Source of the DNA: Malassezia furfur
Lineage: Eukaryota
Length of the DNA stretch: 34,940 nucleotides
Direction: 5' to 3' (one strand)
NCBI GenBank assembly: GCA_052055015.1
Contig: JBQJIT010000075.1
Shown here: one piece after another, positions 1-10,955 of the stretch
How positions within the stretch are numbered: the stretch's first letter is position 1
How the letters are laid out: each line of letters opens with the position of its first letter
Translations under genes and position numbers: made by a program
Notes under the pieces: generated by a model
Seen by the model: the letters and a program-made list of their open reading frames with translations, nothing else
Databases searched by the model: none
What the model was told of the DNA's origin: nothing

Positions 1-463
1 ACAACTGGGCGCGCCTCACGCGCCGACGGCCGCGGCGGGGGCGGCGCCTGATGCGGAGAGCGCGGCGCAGCCTGCGCCGCCGCCTGAGCCGCAACTGTCG
101 CCGGAAGAAAAGCATCTGCAGCAGATTGCGTCGGTCGAAAAGACGGTGCGCGACACGCTGCTGCCCGAGGTCGTGCAGTTTGAGCAGAGCGTCGCGTCGC
201 TACCCAACGCCGCCAAGGGCGCACAATCGGTCGCGAACGAGGGCAACGAGCTGGTGCCGACCAAGCGGATCCCCATCACGCAGCGCAAGCTGTCCGAGTA
301 CCTCTTGCGCGAGCTCATGAGGCTCGACGGCGTGCCCGTCGATACGGACGAGGTGCGCACCGCGCGGAAGAGCACCGTCAAAGAGATCCAGAGCTACTTG
401 GACCGCGTCGATGCCGCGTGGAAACTCGCGTCGGACGCCAAGGGCGTGGTCAACGATATTTAG
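1..463 (+). CDS. BAG-domain Hsp70 co-chaperone, C-terminal part (5' truncated by window)
   Basis: Frame open from position 2 to TAG at 463. The segment LSEYLLRELMRLDGVPVDTDEVRTARKSTVKEIQSYLDRVD matches the BAG-domain pattern (E.L...L..LD.V...R..RK..VK.IQ..L..LD). Confidence 0.8.
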   Translation, partial: QLGAPHAPTAAAGAAPDAESAAQPAPPPEPQLSPEEKHLQQIASVEKTVRDTLLPEVVQFEQSVASLPNAAKGAQSVANEGNELVPTKRIPITQRKLSEYLLRELMRLDGVPVDTDEVRTARKSTVKEIQSYLDRVDAAWKLASDAKGVVNDI

Positions 464-506
464 GGCATAGTGTCGCACCCCGCCTTTTGTGGAGGCCTCC
501 GCCGCC

Positions 507-2438
507 ATGATACCCGACGCGCCGCACGCACCGTGCGCGGCGGCGTGGAGCACGACGCTGCAGAGCGGCAGCCCGGTGGGCCCCGCGGTGTGCCTTGCAT
601 GGTCGGACGAGGGGCAGGTGGTCGTCGCGAATGCCGACGCGCTGCACATCCTCACGCCCGGCATCGGCTACATGGACCCCCCGCTCGGCGCCGGCACGCA
701 TTGGGCGAGCGTGCTGAGCGCCGCCAAGGAGCTCGAGCGCTTTCCGCTCCCCGACGCCCTCGACGAGGAGTGTGCAACGCTCACGCCGCCCGTGCAGCGC
801 ACCGACACGTGGATCGCCGCTGCCTGGTCGCCCGCCGGCCTGGGGCCGCACGCAAGGTAGGTCGGCGCACTGACGCAGCTGTGTGCTCGCCTGCCTCTTG
901 TCGCGTGGCCCAATCGGCCTCTACGTCGCACACGACGACGCGCTTCGAGGGCCATGGACCAGGGTACGTCGCCCGCGCTCACGCAGTCCATCGACCTCGA
1001 CGCACCGCACGCCCAGGGACGCTCACCAGCAGCCGCACGCCTCGCGACGATGTACACGACGCTCGCGTGGACGTCGGCTGCACACGACACCCTCCTTGTG
1101 GCGGGCACGCGCGGCGGCGACGTCGTCGTATGGCGCGCGCCGGCAGCGGCACACGACGCGCACCGCATCGCCGTGCACACCACCTGTGCGCTCGTCGTGC
1201 TCATCTGGGCCGATGGCGCGCTGCATCTGGAGCGCCAAGTCGCGTGGCCGCGCGCCGTGAGCTGCCTCGCGTGGGACGATGCGGGACTGCACATCGCGTC
1301 GCCTGGCGTGCTTGCGACGTGGGCGCCCGATGCAGATGCGCCGCGCATCGTGCGTGTGCCGCTATCGTACGTGGCCGGCACCCTGCCCCACGGCGTCGTG
1401 CTCGACACGGGCCGCGTCGTGACGTGGGACGGCGCCGCCGCCGCCGCACCGCCGTGGCCTACTGGCGCCCAGCCGGTGTGGGGCGCCGCGGCGCGCGACG
1501 GCCTCGTGGCGACGCTCGCGAGGTACGTGCCTAGCTAACGCAGCGTGGACGAGAGTGCATCGTGGCGCTACCGCGTCGCGCGGCGCACGGCCTATGCCCT
1601 CTGGACGCCGTTCCCCGCCGGCTGGGACGCCGACGACGCCGACACACGCGCACGCCTCGTGGCGTGCCTCCCGGCGGGCGACGGCGTGCCGATACCCGCA
1701 TGGCGCGCCGCGCTGCTCGCCGTCCAGCAGTGTGCGCAGCCGCGGCGCGCAGGGGCGCACATCGCCGCCTGCATACGCACGCAGCGGTGGGCGCCGCTCG
1801 TCGCGACGTGTGCGGCCCTCGCGGCAAAGGACGAGGCGTGTTTCGCGGCATGGGACGCGCCGCTGCGTGCCGTGCAGTCGGTGCGGTGGTGCGCCGCATG
1901 GCTCGCGCGCACGCAGCCCGACGACGAGATCCTAGCGCTGGCCGACGAGACGGCGCACGTCGGCGACGTCGTGGCCGCGCTCGCCGCGGCCGCCGCGGCC
2001 AGCGAGGCACAGCAGTGCGGTGCATACGCCGCGCGCCTCGCTGCGCGCCTCGTCCTCCTGTCGCGCACCCCGCCTGCGGCGCTGCACGGCGTCGGGCCGG
2101 TGCTCCAGCGCTTGGCGCGGGCGCTGCACGCCGTGTCCTCCGCGTGGGAGGGCGAGCGGTGCACGCTGGGCGAGAAGTGCGTCGCGTGTGGTGCGCCCGT
2201 CGCCTTCACGCTCGCGCCGTACGCACAGTGCGACGCGGGGCACGTGTTTGGTACGTCGCGCTGACAGACTGACCCAGAACGGTGCGTGGCGACCTTTGCG
2301 CTGCTGGACACGCCCGCGACGCAGACATGCGTCGGATGCGACGGCCAAGCAAGCGTCGCGGCGCTGAGCGAGGTGCGGGGCGCCTTCCCGGGCGCCGCGG
2401 CGTGCAATCGCTGTGGAAACCGGTGGCGGTCTGGCTAG
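507..2438 (+). CDS. TFIIIC subunit (tau60/Tfc8/GTF3C4-like: N-terminal WD-like region plus C-terminal Cys-rich zinc finger); exons 507-856, 879-963, 987-1522, 1544-2250, 2278-2438
   Basis: Four GT-AG introns (857-878, 964-986, 1523-1543, 2251-2277) join the ORF fragments in frame. N-terminal CLAWSDEGQVVVANADALHILTP and AAWSPAGLG motifs; C-terminal CVAC..CDAGHVFERC..CVGC..CNRCG. Confidence 0.7.
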
Positions 2439-2477
2439 ATTACTCCCATCACTGTATACAACCGAACCGGTTCCGCG

Positions 2478-3903
2478 CTAGGCGCTCGCCTTGCGCGCGC
2501 CCTTGTGCAGGAACCCGAAGCGCGACTCACGCTCCTTCTTCTTTTTCTTCTTCTCGGCGGCCTGCGCGACAAGCCGCTCCAGCTCGCGCCGCTCGTCGTC
2601 CGTCTCGTCGGGCTCCACCTGCTGGTAAATCGCACCGAGGAAGGCGATGGCGCGCGCGCGCTGCACCAACACCTTGTCGCTGATGCCCTTTTCGTTGAGC
2701 ACGTTGTCAACGACCTGCCGCAGCACGCTGTTGACCTCCCAGCGCGTGCCGCGCCACGTCGCGAGCAGCATCTTGCCCTGCATGTCCTGCTCGAGCTTTT
2801 GCATCTCCTCGTCGCTCAGGTCGCCCTTGTCCTGCGCGCGCGTCAGCTCGTCCATGCTCATCTGCACGTTCATGGCACTGCCCATGACGCCCCACATCTC
2901 CTTGATGGTGCCGCCACGCTCCTTCATGCGGCTCCAAAAGCCGGGCATCCCCAGAAAGTTGCCGCGCTTCGTCTTGAGCCACGTGTTGCTCTTGGTGAGA
3001 TACACGTTGCCAATGGTGTGCAGCAGCTCAACACCGAACGACTCGAGCTTAAGGTCCTCGGCCTCTTCCTTCATGTGCTTGGTAAACTGCTGGGTCGCCG
3101 AGTCGTCCGGGTCGCCGGGGCTCTTGGCCTCGACAAACGGACGGATGCGGTCCTTGAGCTTCTGCGTGAGGTCCTCAATCCGCTTCTTCTCCTTCTCGGC
3201 CTTTTCCTTCTCAAAGGCCTCCAGCTTCTCCTTCTGCTCGGGCGTCATCTTGTGCTTGCCCTTGTCCTTCTCTTTGCCGGCGACCGCTGCCGCGGCGCTC
3301 TCCGCATCCTTGCCGGCGGACGCCTCGGCGGCCGCGGCGGTGCCCTCGCCGTGGATTGTGTCGGTGGGCTTGTTGTGCTCGCGCATCTGGCGCTCCAACT
3401 CCTCGCGCTCCTCGTCGGACATCATGATCTCGGACGCCTTGCTAAAGTCGCGGATCAGGCTAATCTCACCAATCAGGTCATTAAAGCGCTCGCCGCCAAA
3501 CAGGTTGCCAAACTGGGGTCAGTGGGGGATCGCGTACCATCTCGGTGGCCTCCTTGAGGCCGACCTCGTCCGTGGGTTTCCTGGCGTCAGTGCACGCGGA
3601 CCTACTTTTTCCCATAGCGGTCGTAATCCGCGCGCAAGTTCGAGTCGCTCAGCACGCGGTACGCCTCGCCAATCATCTTGAACGTCTCCTCATCGCCACC
3701 CTTGTCGGGGTGGTTCCGGATCGCCGCCTTGCGGTACGCCTTCTTCAGATCAAGCTCGGTGGCGTCGCCACGCACACCGAGCAGCTCGTAGTACTCCATA
3801 TCCTGGCGCGTCAGCACCAGCCGCCGCGCAAACTACGTACCACAATCTTCTCGCCATCGCGGCTAATGTTGGCCGCCTGCGTCGCGCTCGCCGCCTCGCT
3901 CAT
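2478..3903 (-). CDS. DnaJ/Hsp40 with J domain and DnaJ-X domain (Djp1/Caj1-like); introns 3803-3840, 3581-3605, 3513-3537
   Basis: J domain YYELLGV...[17 protein letters not shown] with the HPD motif. Spliced [19 protein letters not shown] and [18 protein letters not shown] are typical of DnaJ-X proteins. Confidence 0.88.
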
Positions 3904-4182
3904 CGTGGGCCTGGACAAAATAGTGGGTTGGCCACGTGGGTTCCTAACCCAGGGCGGCACGCGCCGCCAGGCACGCACGTCCCAGCTCGGGCCCTACACG
4001 CTGGAGCAAGCCGTTTTGGTGGACTAAGGACACATACACTAGTCCGGCGCCGCGACCAGCACCCGCACGACGGGGCCGGCACACGGCACTATAGGTGCAT
4101 GCGCAAACATGCAGTCATGGGTAAAGCAAAGACACTCTCGCGTGCCATCGAAACAGAGAAGCCGTCACGCGCACCACGCCAT

Positions 4183-5229
4183 TTAGGCGCTCTCGCGCTG
4201 CTTCATCTTCTGGTCGCGCTCCTCGGTGATCGTGAGCTTGACACCACCGCCGCGGGGCATCGAGATCCAGCGCTTCTCGCTGTCGCCAATGACGAACACG
4301 TTGCTGAGACGCGTCGAGAACTCACGGCCAGCGGGGTCACGGACGTGGGCAATGTCGAAACCACCGTGGTGGCGCTCGCGGTGCAGGATCACACCGGCAC
4401 GGCCAATGTTACGGCCACCCGTGATCATGACCTGCGCACCCGTGTCAAACTTGATAAAGTCGACCATCTTCTGCGTGTTCACGTCAAACTTCACCGTGTC
4501 GTTCACGCGCACAAGCGGGTCGGGGTAGCGCAGCGTACGGCCATCGTGGGTGACGATGTGCGGCACACCCTTGGCGCCGAGCTCGACGCGCTTGACCTTG
4601 AGGAGCTTGTACGAGGCCTCCTCGGGCGTGATGCGGTGCACCACAAAGCGGCCCTTGACGTCGTACAGGATGCGGAAGTGCTCACCCGAGCGCTCGATCG
4701 ACACCACGTCCATGAAGCCGGTGGGGTAGGTCGGGTCGGTGCGGACCTTGTTGTCGACCTTGATGATGCGCTGCATGGTGATGAGCATCACCTCGCGACC
4801 GGTGAGCGCGTACTTCAGGCGGTTGCGGAGCAGGACCTGGCGGTTAGTAGCTGTTCACCAAATCGCCCCGCTTGCACACCACGGCCCCGTGCGACTCGTC
4901 AGACGCGATTCGTAGAAAAGTATCCGCACGCCGTTGCCGGCATAGGAAAGCCATGCATGATCGTGGAAAAGTCATCGTCCAAGCAAGCACGGGCGGTGTG
5001 TGGGCACAAGCAGGGTGCCCGTCGTGGGCACTGTGTACGTACCACCAGGGGGAGCGACTCACGGAGCTTGTGAGGACCGGTGCTGGGGCGCGGCGCATAA
5101 GTGCCGGACAGCTAGAGAAGCGTTAGTATCCGCTCTTTCGTGCACAACAAGTGCCGCACGTACCTTGTCCAGCAGCCACGAGTGAGGGGCAGCAAGGTGC
5201 TTCAGGTGGTGACGCGGGCCGCGAACCAT
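4183..5229 (-). CDS. RPS4: 40S ribosomal protein S4 (eS4); exons 5229-5164, 5111-5043, 4836-4183
   Basis: Spliced [61 protein letters not shown]..., then [14 protein letters not shown] and [12 protein letters not shown]. Introns 5112-5163 and 4837-5042 have GTACGT donors and CTAAC branch sites. Confidence 0.97.
4895..4983 (-). ncRNA. Candidate intronic box C/D snoRNA in RPS4 intron 2
   Basis: Box C-like ACGATGA (4978-4972) and box D CTGA (4902-4899). Flanking complementary arms CACACC..CCCGTGC..GCTTG / CGAGT..GCACGGG..GGTGTG. Internal GCAA-tetraloop hairpin (4927-4944). 12-nt antisense CATGCATGGCTT to conserved 18S AAGCCAUGCAUG. Confidence 0.7.
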
Positions 5230-5231
5230 TT

Positions 5232-5327
5232 CTGTAGACTAGTCGGGAAGGAGACTGGTTGCGAGGCAAACGCTGGCGGTCCACACCGAAGAAAACGACG
5301 CAGCACGTTATGTCGGCCGAAACGTAC
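5232..5327 (-). other. Probable 5' UTR intron of RPS4
   Basis: GTACGT donor at 5327 and ...GACTAGTCTACAG acceptor ending 2 nt before the ATG. Confidence 0.5.
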
Positions 5328-5359
5328 AAGAATGCAGTTTTGGAGCCTATGGCACGTGA

Positions 5360-7618
5360 TTACGTCGCAGGGTCGTCCAGCGCGCGCGTCCAGTCGAACG
5401 GCTCCCACGTGGCACGGAAGCGCGCGAGGTGCGCCTGGATGCCTTGAATGTGCCGCGGCCGGCGCCACTGGTGCGGGTCGAGGTCGAGGAGGCTCCCAAG
5501 AATCTCTTGCGCGAAATATCTGCGTTAGCCCATAGGTACATACTTGGGGAACCCAGCACCACCGACGTGGTCACCGTCCGCATACGTCGGCTCCTCGTTG
5601 TCCGTGCCCGCTTTCTTGATGCCGTGCTCGTCGTCGCGCGACTCAATGACGTGCCCGTAGCCACGCTGGCCTTTGTAGTCCCACTGCACCATAAAGTAGG
5701 GCAGCCGTGATACCATGCTCCGCTGGAACGGCCGCGCCTCGGAAAAGTAGATGATCTTGGCATGGTCCGCCCACTCGCTCTCCACGTCCGACAGCGCCGT
5801 CTTGAAGTAGGCCGGCACCTCGGCGAACGCGTCGTTGGGTACCGGTACAGCCTCAATGTAGGTATGCTTTTGCTGACGCAGCGACAGTACCGTCTCGAAA
5901 AAGACCATGGACTGGTTGCGGCTCGCCGCCATGCGGATCAGGCACTTCATAAAGTTGCGGATCTCGGTCCAGCCGTTCTCATCAACGTCCAGCGAGCTGA
6001 CGTGGTGCTGCATCGGCACAATCCAGCAGTGCCCATCGACCAGCGGTTCACGATCGGGCAGTGCAAGGTAGGTGCACGTCCCACTCGACACAATGTTGGC
6101 GCGCGGCGCCATGCGCCCTTCGTCTTGCCAGCAAAACGTGCACTCGTCGAGCGCGCGCTTGGTCCGCGCAAAGTCTTGGATCGCAAACTGGCGCTTCATC
6201 GCATCGTCACGCATCTTTTTCCGCGCGAATCGCTGCGCCTCGCTGTCGATGTAGTCCAGATCGTTTTCAAAGCCGTGGTCGGTCGCAATCTGCTGCGCAA
6301 GCGCCGCGTCCATGTTTTTCTGGTCCATGCGTCCGGCACCAAGGCGTTCTTCATGCACAAGCTCGGTAAGTGTAGCGTCTTCAGGCTCATCCATGCCTTG
6401 CTTGCGGCGCTTCCGCGACAGCGTATTCGGTTCAACAGCTTCAGCAGATCGACCCGGTCCAACGTCGTACATACGCCCGTACCCATCGATCACCGGCACC
6501 ACCTCGACCGTTTCACGGGGCGCCGCGCCCTCGAGGGCTTGCCGGGCCTTTTCAAGCTCGGCACGCAGCGCCGGTGCGTCCGGCTGGTTCATCATCTCGG
6601 CCCGCAGCGCTTTGGCCTCCAAGCGGTTCAGCTCCGAGAGGCTCGGCGCGGCGACCGCCTCGGCGCTCGGTACGGGTGCCTGCGGGAGCGCCGTGGGGAT
6701 GCGTACCGACGTGCTCTCGGGCGTGCCGGTGTGACTCGCGGCCGACACCGCCGGAGACGCCACACCAGGACGCCGGAAGACGTGGCTGCCCGACCGCGGC
6801 GTGCTCGTCCCGGACGACGGCGCGTCTTTGAACGTCCGGCCTGTATCCTCAAGATACTGCCGCTCGCGACGCGCCTCGTCAAAGGCGTCCATCGACCCGT
6901 AGCGCTCGACGGCCACCTGCTCGACTGGCACGCCAGACTGCTCAGCAATCTCGTACGTACGGCGCAACTTCATCATGCGCCACTTGTGCCCCGGTGCACC
7001 GTACGACGTGTTCGGATCGCGCTGTGTCTCAGCAGGCGGAAGGGCGGTAGCGTTTGGGTTCAGACCGGGGTTCAGCTCGCGCGCATGTACTTGCAAAGCT
7101 TCGGGGTCCGGCTTGCTCGCAGCAGGCTCGGCGGCTTTTGTCTCGCCGATCGCGCTGAAAAAGTCGTGCGATCCCCCTGCCTCAGGATCACCAAGTGTCA
7201 TCCAGTCGTCGCGCTTGAGCTCCGAACGGGCGGGCGCCGGTGTGGGCGCCTCGGCTTCAGGACTCGGACGGTCGTCGCGATGCGAACGCCTGCGGTGCTC
7301 GCGGTCCGCGTGACGCTCATGATGCGACCGGTGCTCGCGATGGCTATGCCTATGCCCGTCCGAACTCCGGTGTGTGTCGTCGTGATCACGGTGCCGACGT
7401 CGTTCGCGGTGTTCCCGATGCCGGCGGTCGCGATCGGCGTCGCGATGTCGGTGGTGGGAGCGGTCGCGATCGTCGCGGTCTCGCGTATCGTACGCGTGTC
7501 CAGATCGAAGGGGTCCGGAGGGATACGACGACGAGGACGACACGTGCTCGCCGATGGCCCCGGCGTCGTACGACGCCGAATGGTCCGAGCGCCGTTTCTT
7601 CGGCACGCGGTCGTCCAT
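5360..7618 (-). CDS. cwf19: Cwf19/CWF19L2-like spliceosome disassembly factor (CwfJ C-terminal domains); intron 5520-5543
   Basis: Charged R/D/H-rich N-terminus; WRMMKLRR, CTFC, GHCWIVPMQH, EIRNFMKCL, HTYIEAVPVP and LPYFMV motifs. A 24-nt intron restores the FPKYFAQEILGSLLDL...FDWTRAL C-terminus. Start taken at MDDRVPK (7618). Confidence 0.88.
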
Positions 7619-8182
7619 GGCGAACGGCAAGGCCCTCCACGGCCGACGCGTCACGTGGTCGATAGTGTCAGGGACCAACCTAAAACCGCTGCGGTCGCGG
7701 CCGATTGCGTCGGGGGTCGACGTGCGGTGCGCGCCGCGCGCCTTTGCACTACCGCACAAGCTACCTACATGCCCTCGCGTCGGGCGCTGGGCGGACCGCT
7801 TCCCCAACTGTGTCCCACTCGCATCCCCTCGGCGTGTCCCACGCTTCGCTGGTGAGGACCGCATAGGTTATCTGGTCGCGGAAATTGTGTCTCAGCCAAT
7901 CATGTGCGTCCTTTTGGGAAAACGGACCTAGGCTCGTCAAGCTGGTGGGCCACGCGGTGCAAACTTCTGTGGAGGACCTGTCATGCGTCAGAAATTCTGC
8001 GTTCCACGGCCCTTTTGAGAACCGCCTCGGCCTCGTGCGCTCGCCCCCTAGCGACGCCAAGGGATCGTTTGCTTTCTTCTTAACCGGTGTTGTGCACCCA
8101 CTTGCTGCCGATCCAAGGGATATATTAGGCTGTCTTCTGTTGCACGCTGTCCTCACACCGGTCCATTCAAGTCTAGGAAAGT

Positions 8183-9250
8183 ATGGCGGACGAAGAGCCT
8201 GTGTGTGTGGGCGCCAAGGGCGAGGTGGATAACATGGGTGTGCGCATTGGCGCCATCTTTATCATCTTTGCGAGCTCGGCGTTCTTTACCCTGCTGCCGA
8301 TTGTCACGCGGCGCATCCCCAAGCTGTCGGTTCCGGGCTTCGCCTACGACTTTTGCAAATACTTTGGCAGCGGTGTTATTATTGCAACTGGCTTTATCCA
8401 CATGCTCCAGCCCGCCGACGAGGAGCTGTCGCAGCCCTGTTTGATCCCGGCATTTTCGGAAAACTATCCCATGGCCTATGCGTTTGCACTGATTTCCATG
8501 ATGCTCGTCTTTATCAGCGAGTTTTTCGCCTATCGGCTGGGTTCGCGCATGCTGAGCAAGCGGCTCGGCAGCATTGTGCATCACCATGCCTCGGGGCACT
8601 TGGATGCGCACGAAGAGGACCGTCACCAGCACGAGCGCGAGGAGCTGCGGCATGCCGAGACCGAAGAGGCGCTGGCGCCGATCGACGGCAAAAAGGACAT
8701 GGATCTCGAGGTCGGCTCGCACCAGGACGAAGCCATCCACTCGGACACGTCGGAGCTGATTGGCGTCTTCGTGCTCGAGTTTGGTGTGATTTTTCACTCG
8801 GTCATTATTGGCCTGACGCTCGCGACCACCGACTGGGACCCGGAGGACGGCGACAAGTTTGTGGTGCTATTTCCCGTGATTGTCTTCCACCAGCTCTTTG
8901 AGGGCATTGGTCTTGGCTCGCGTCTTTCGCTCTTGCCCGACGCGCTCGGCCAGTGGATGCCGATTTTGCTAGGGTTGGCGTACTCGATTGTGACGCCGAT
9001 TGGCATGGCGATTGGCCTCGGCCTGCGCCACACCTACACCTCGGACACGTCCACGGGGTACTATGTGACGGGCATTTTTGATGCCTTTTCGGCGGGCATT
9101 TTGATCTATACGGGCCTGGTCGAGCTGCTCGCGCACGACTTTGTGTTTAACAATGCGATGCAAAAGGCGCCGCTGTCCAAGGTGGCCCTCAATATGTTTG
9201 AGGTGTGCCTCGGCATTGCGATTATGGCGCTCTTGGGACGGTGGGCATGA
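8183..9250 (+). CDS. ZRT1: ZIP-family zinc/iron permease (Zrt1/Zrt2-like)
   Basis: KYFGSGVIIATGFIHML, His-rich loop, LEFGVIFHSVIIGLTL, FHQLFEGIGLG, SAGILIYTGLVELLAHDF and a terminal LGRWA. Confidence 0.93.
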   Translation: MADEEPVCVGAKGEVDNMGVRIGAIFIIFASSAFFTLLPIVTRRIPKLSVPGFAYDFCKYFGSGVIIATGFIHMLQPADEELSQPCLIPAFSENYPMAYAFALISMMLVFISEFFAYRLGSRMLSKRLGSIVHHHASGHLDAHEEDRHQHEREELRHAETEEALAPIDGKKDMDLEVGSHQDEAIHSDTSELIGVFVLEFGVIFHSVIIGLTLATTDWDPEDGDKFVVLFPVIVFHQLFEGIGLGSRLSLLPDALGQWMPILLGLAYSIVTPIGMAIGLGLRHTYTSDTSTGYYVTGIFDAFSAGILIYTGLVELLAHDFVFNNAMQKAPLSKVALNMFEVCLGIAIMALLGRWA

Positions 9251-9376
9251 GGTAGACGTGGATAATGTTTGTACTTGTACTCGGTACGCACCAACTGGGC
9301 CGACTTGGGCGCGTGGGCGATTTTTTCCCCGCACGCGGCGCGGCGCGTGGATGAGTCAGACACGCTTCCAATCGCG

Positions 9377-10950
9377 ATGGTGGGCCGGTACGGCGGAGGC
9401 GCCCTGGCATGGGTGCACACGAGCCGCCTCGTGCAGCGCGTGTATGGCTGCCGGATGCATACGATGCAGAGTAAAGCGGAGCGCTTTGTACAGACGATTG
9501 ACCCCGCGACGCTGCCGCGCGGCTATCTGGTCGCGAGTACGTACGCCGGCGTGAAGAAGGCCATCAGCCCGGCGCCCGCGGACGGCGCCGCGGCGCCCAC
9601 GCCCTCGCCCGTGGCGCCCAAGCCGGACGTGTCGCTGATCGTGTCGAGCACGCCGGCGTCCGTCGCGGGTGTCTTCACGAGCAATGTATTCCGTGCGGCA
9701 CCGGTCGTGCACGCGACCGAGGCGCTGCGCGCGAGCCGCACGGCATTTGGCGAGCAAGCGGGCCCGCGCACGTTGGCGGTGCTGGCGAACAGCGGGTGTG
9801 CAAATGCCGTGACGGGTCCCGAGGGCGTGGAAGACACACAGCAGCTCGTGGACCTCGTGCGCAAGGAGCTGACCCCCGCGCTCAAGCGCCGCACCGCGGC
9901 GCCGTCCGACGTGCTGATGCTGTCGACGGGCGTGATTGGCGTGCGCCTGCCGAAGCGCGTGATCGAGCGTGCTGTGCAGCATCTGGTGCATGGACAGGTG
10001 CTGCAGAGCAACGCGGACGCCTGGCTCGAGGTCGCGCGCGCGTACATGACCACCGACACCTTCCCCAAGCTGCGCACGCGCACGTTTACGCTCGGCAACC
10101 GTGAGTGCCACCTCGCTGGGATCGATAAGGGCGCGGGGATGATCCACCCGCACATGACCTCGCCCGAGGGACTGCACGCGACGCTGCTAGGCGTGCTGGT
10201 GACCGATGCGCCGATCGCGCCGGCGGCGCTGCAGGCGTGCCTGGACGAGGCGGTGCGTGTGTCGTTCAATTGCATCAGCGTCGACGGCGACATGAGCACG
10301 AACGACACCATCCTTGCGCTCGCCAACGGCCAGGCACCCGAAGTCGCCAACGGCCAGGCGCCGATTCCCGCCGGCACGGAGATCACCGCGGCGTCGCACC
10401 CCGACGAGCTCGCCGTCTTCCGCGCGGAGCTCACGGCGCTCTGTCTCGAGCTTGCGCACCTCATCGTGCGTGACGGCGAGGGCGCCGAAAAGTTTGTGCA
10501 GGTGCGCGTGCGCAACGCGGCGGACTATGCGCAGGCGCACGCGATTGCCTCGTCGATCAGCACCTCGGCGCTCGTCAAGTGCGCGATGCACGGCGAGGAC
10601 GCCAACTGGGGCCGCATTCTGTGCGCGGCCGGCTATGCGCCGCGCCCGCCGTCCGAGTGGGGCATCGACCCGCACAAGGTCAACGTGTCGTTTGTGCCGC
10701 CGCCGGGGGCGCACCACGTCGCGCCCGTGCACACGCTGATCAACGGCACGCCGCAGGTGGTCGACGAGGCCAAGGCGGGGGCGCTGCTCGCGCTGGAGGA
10801 CATCTGCATCGACGTCGACCTGCAGGGCGGGACGTGGGATGCGGCGCAGGCCACCGCCGAGGCCGTGTACTGGACGTGCGACTTTAGCAAGGAATACATT
10901 GCGGTACGTTGCGCGACTAACCCAAGATCAATGGCGACTACCGTACGTAA
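9377..10950 (+). CDS. ARG7: Ornithine acetyltransferase ArgJ/Arg7, probably mitochondrial; intron 10904-10926
   Basis: NSGCANAVTG, STGVIG, MTTDTFPK, KGAGMIHPHM..ATLL, VDGDMSTNDT, DGEGA and DANWGRI motifs. A 23-nt intron restores the conserved YIAINGDYRT end. The start codon is uncertain (9377 chosen). Confidence 0.93.
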
Positions 10951-10955
10951 GGCAA

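Noticed and set aside
489..2264. Apparent frameshifts/pseudogenes in fragmented ORFs (TFIIIC, DnaJ, GT8, NUF2)
   Set aside because: Every break is explained by a GT-AG intron with a branch motif that restores frame and conserved residues.
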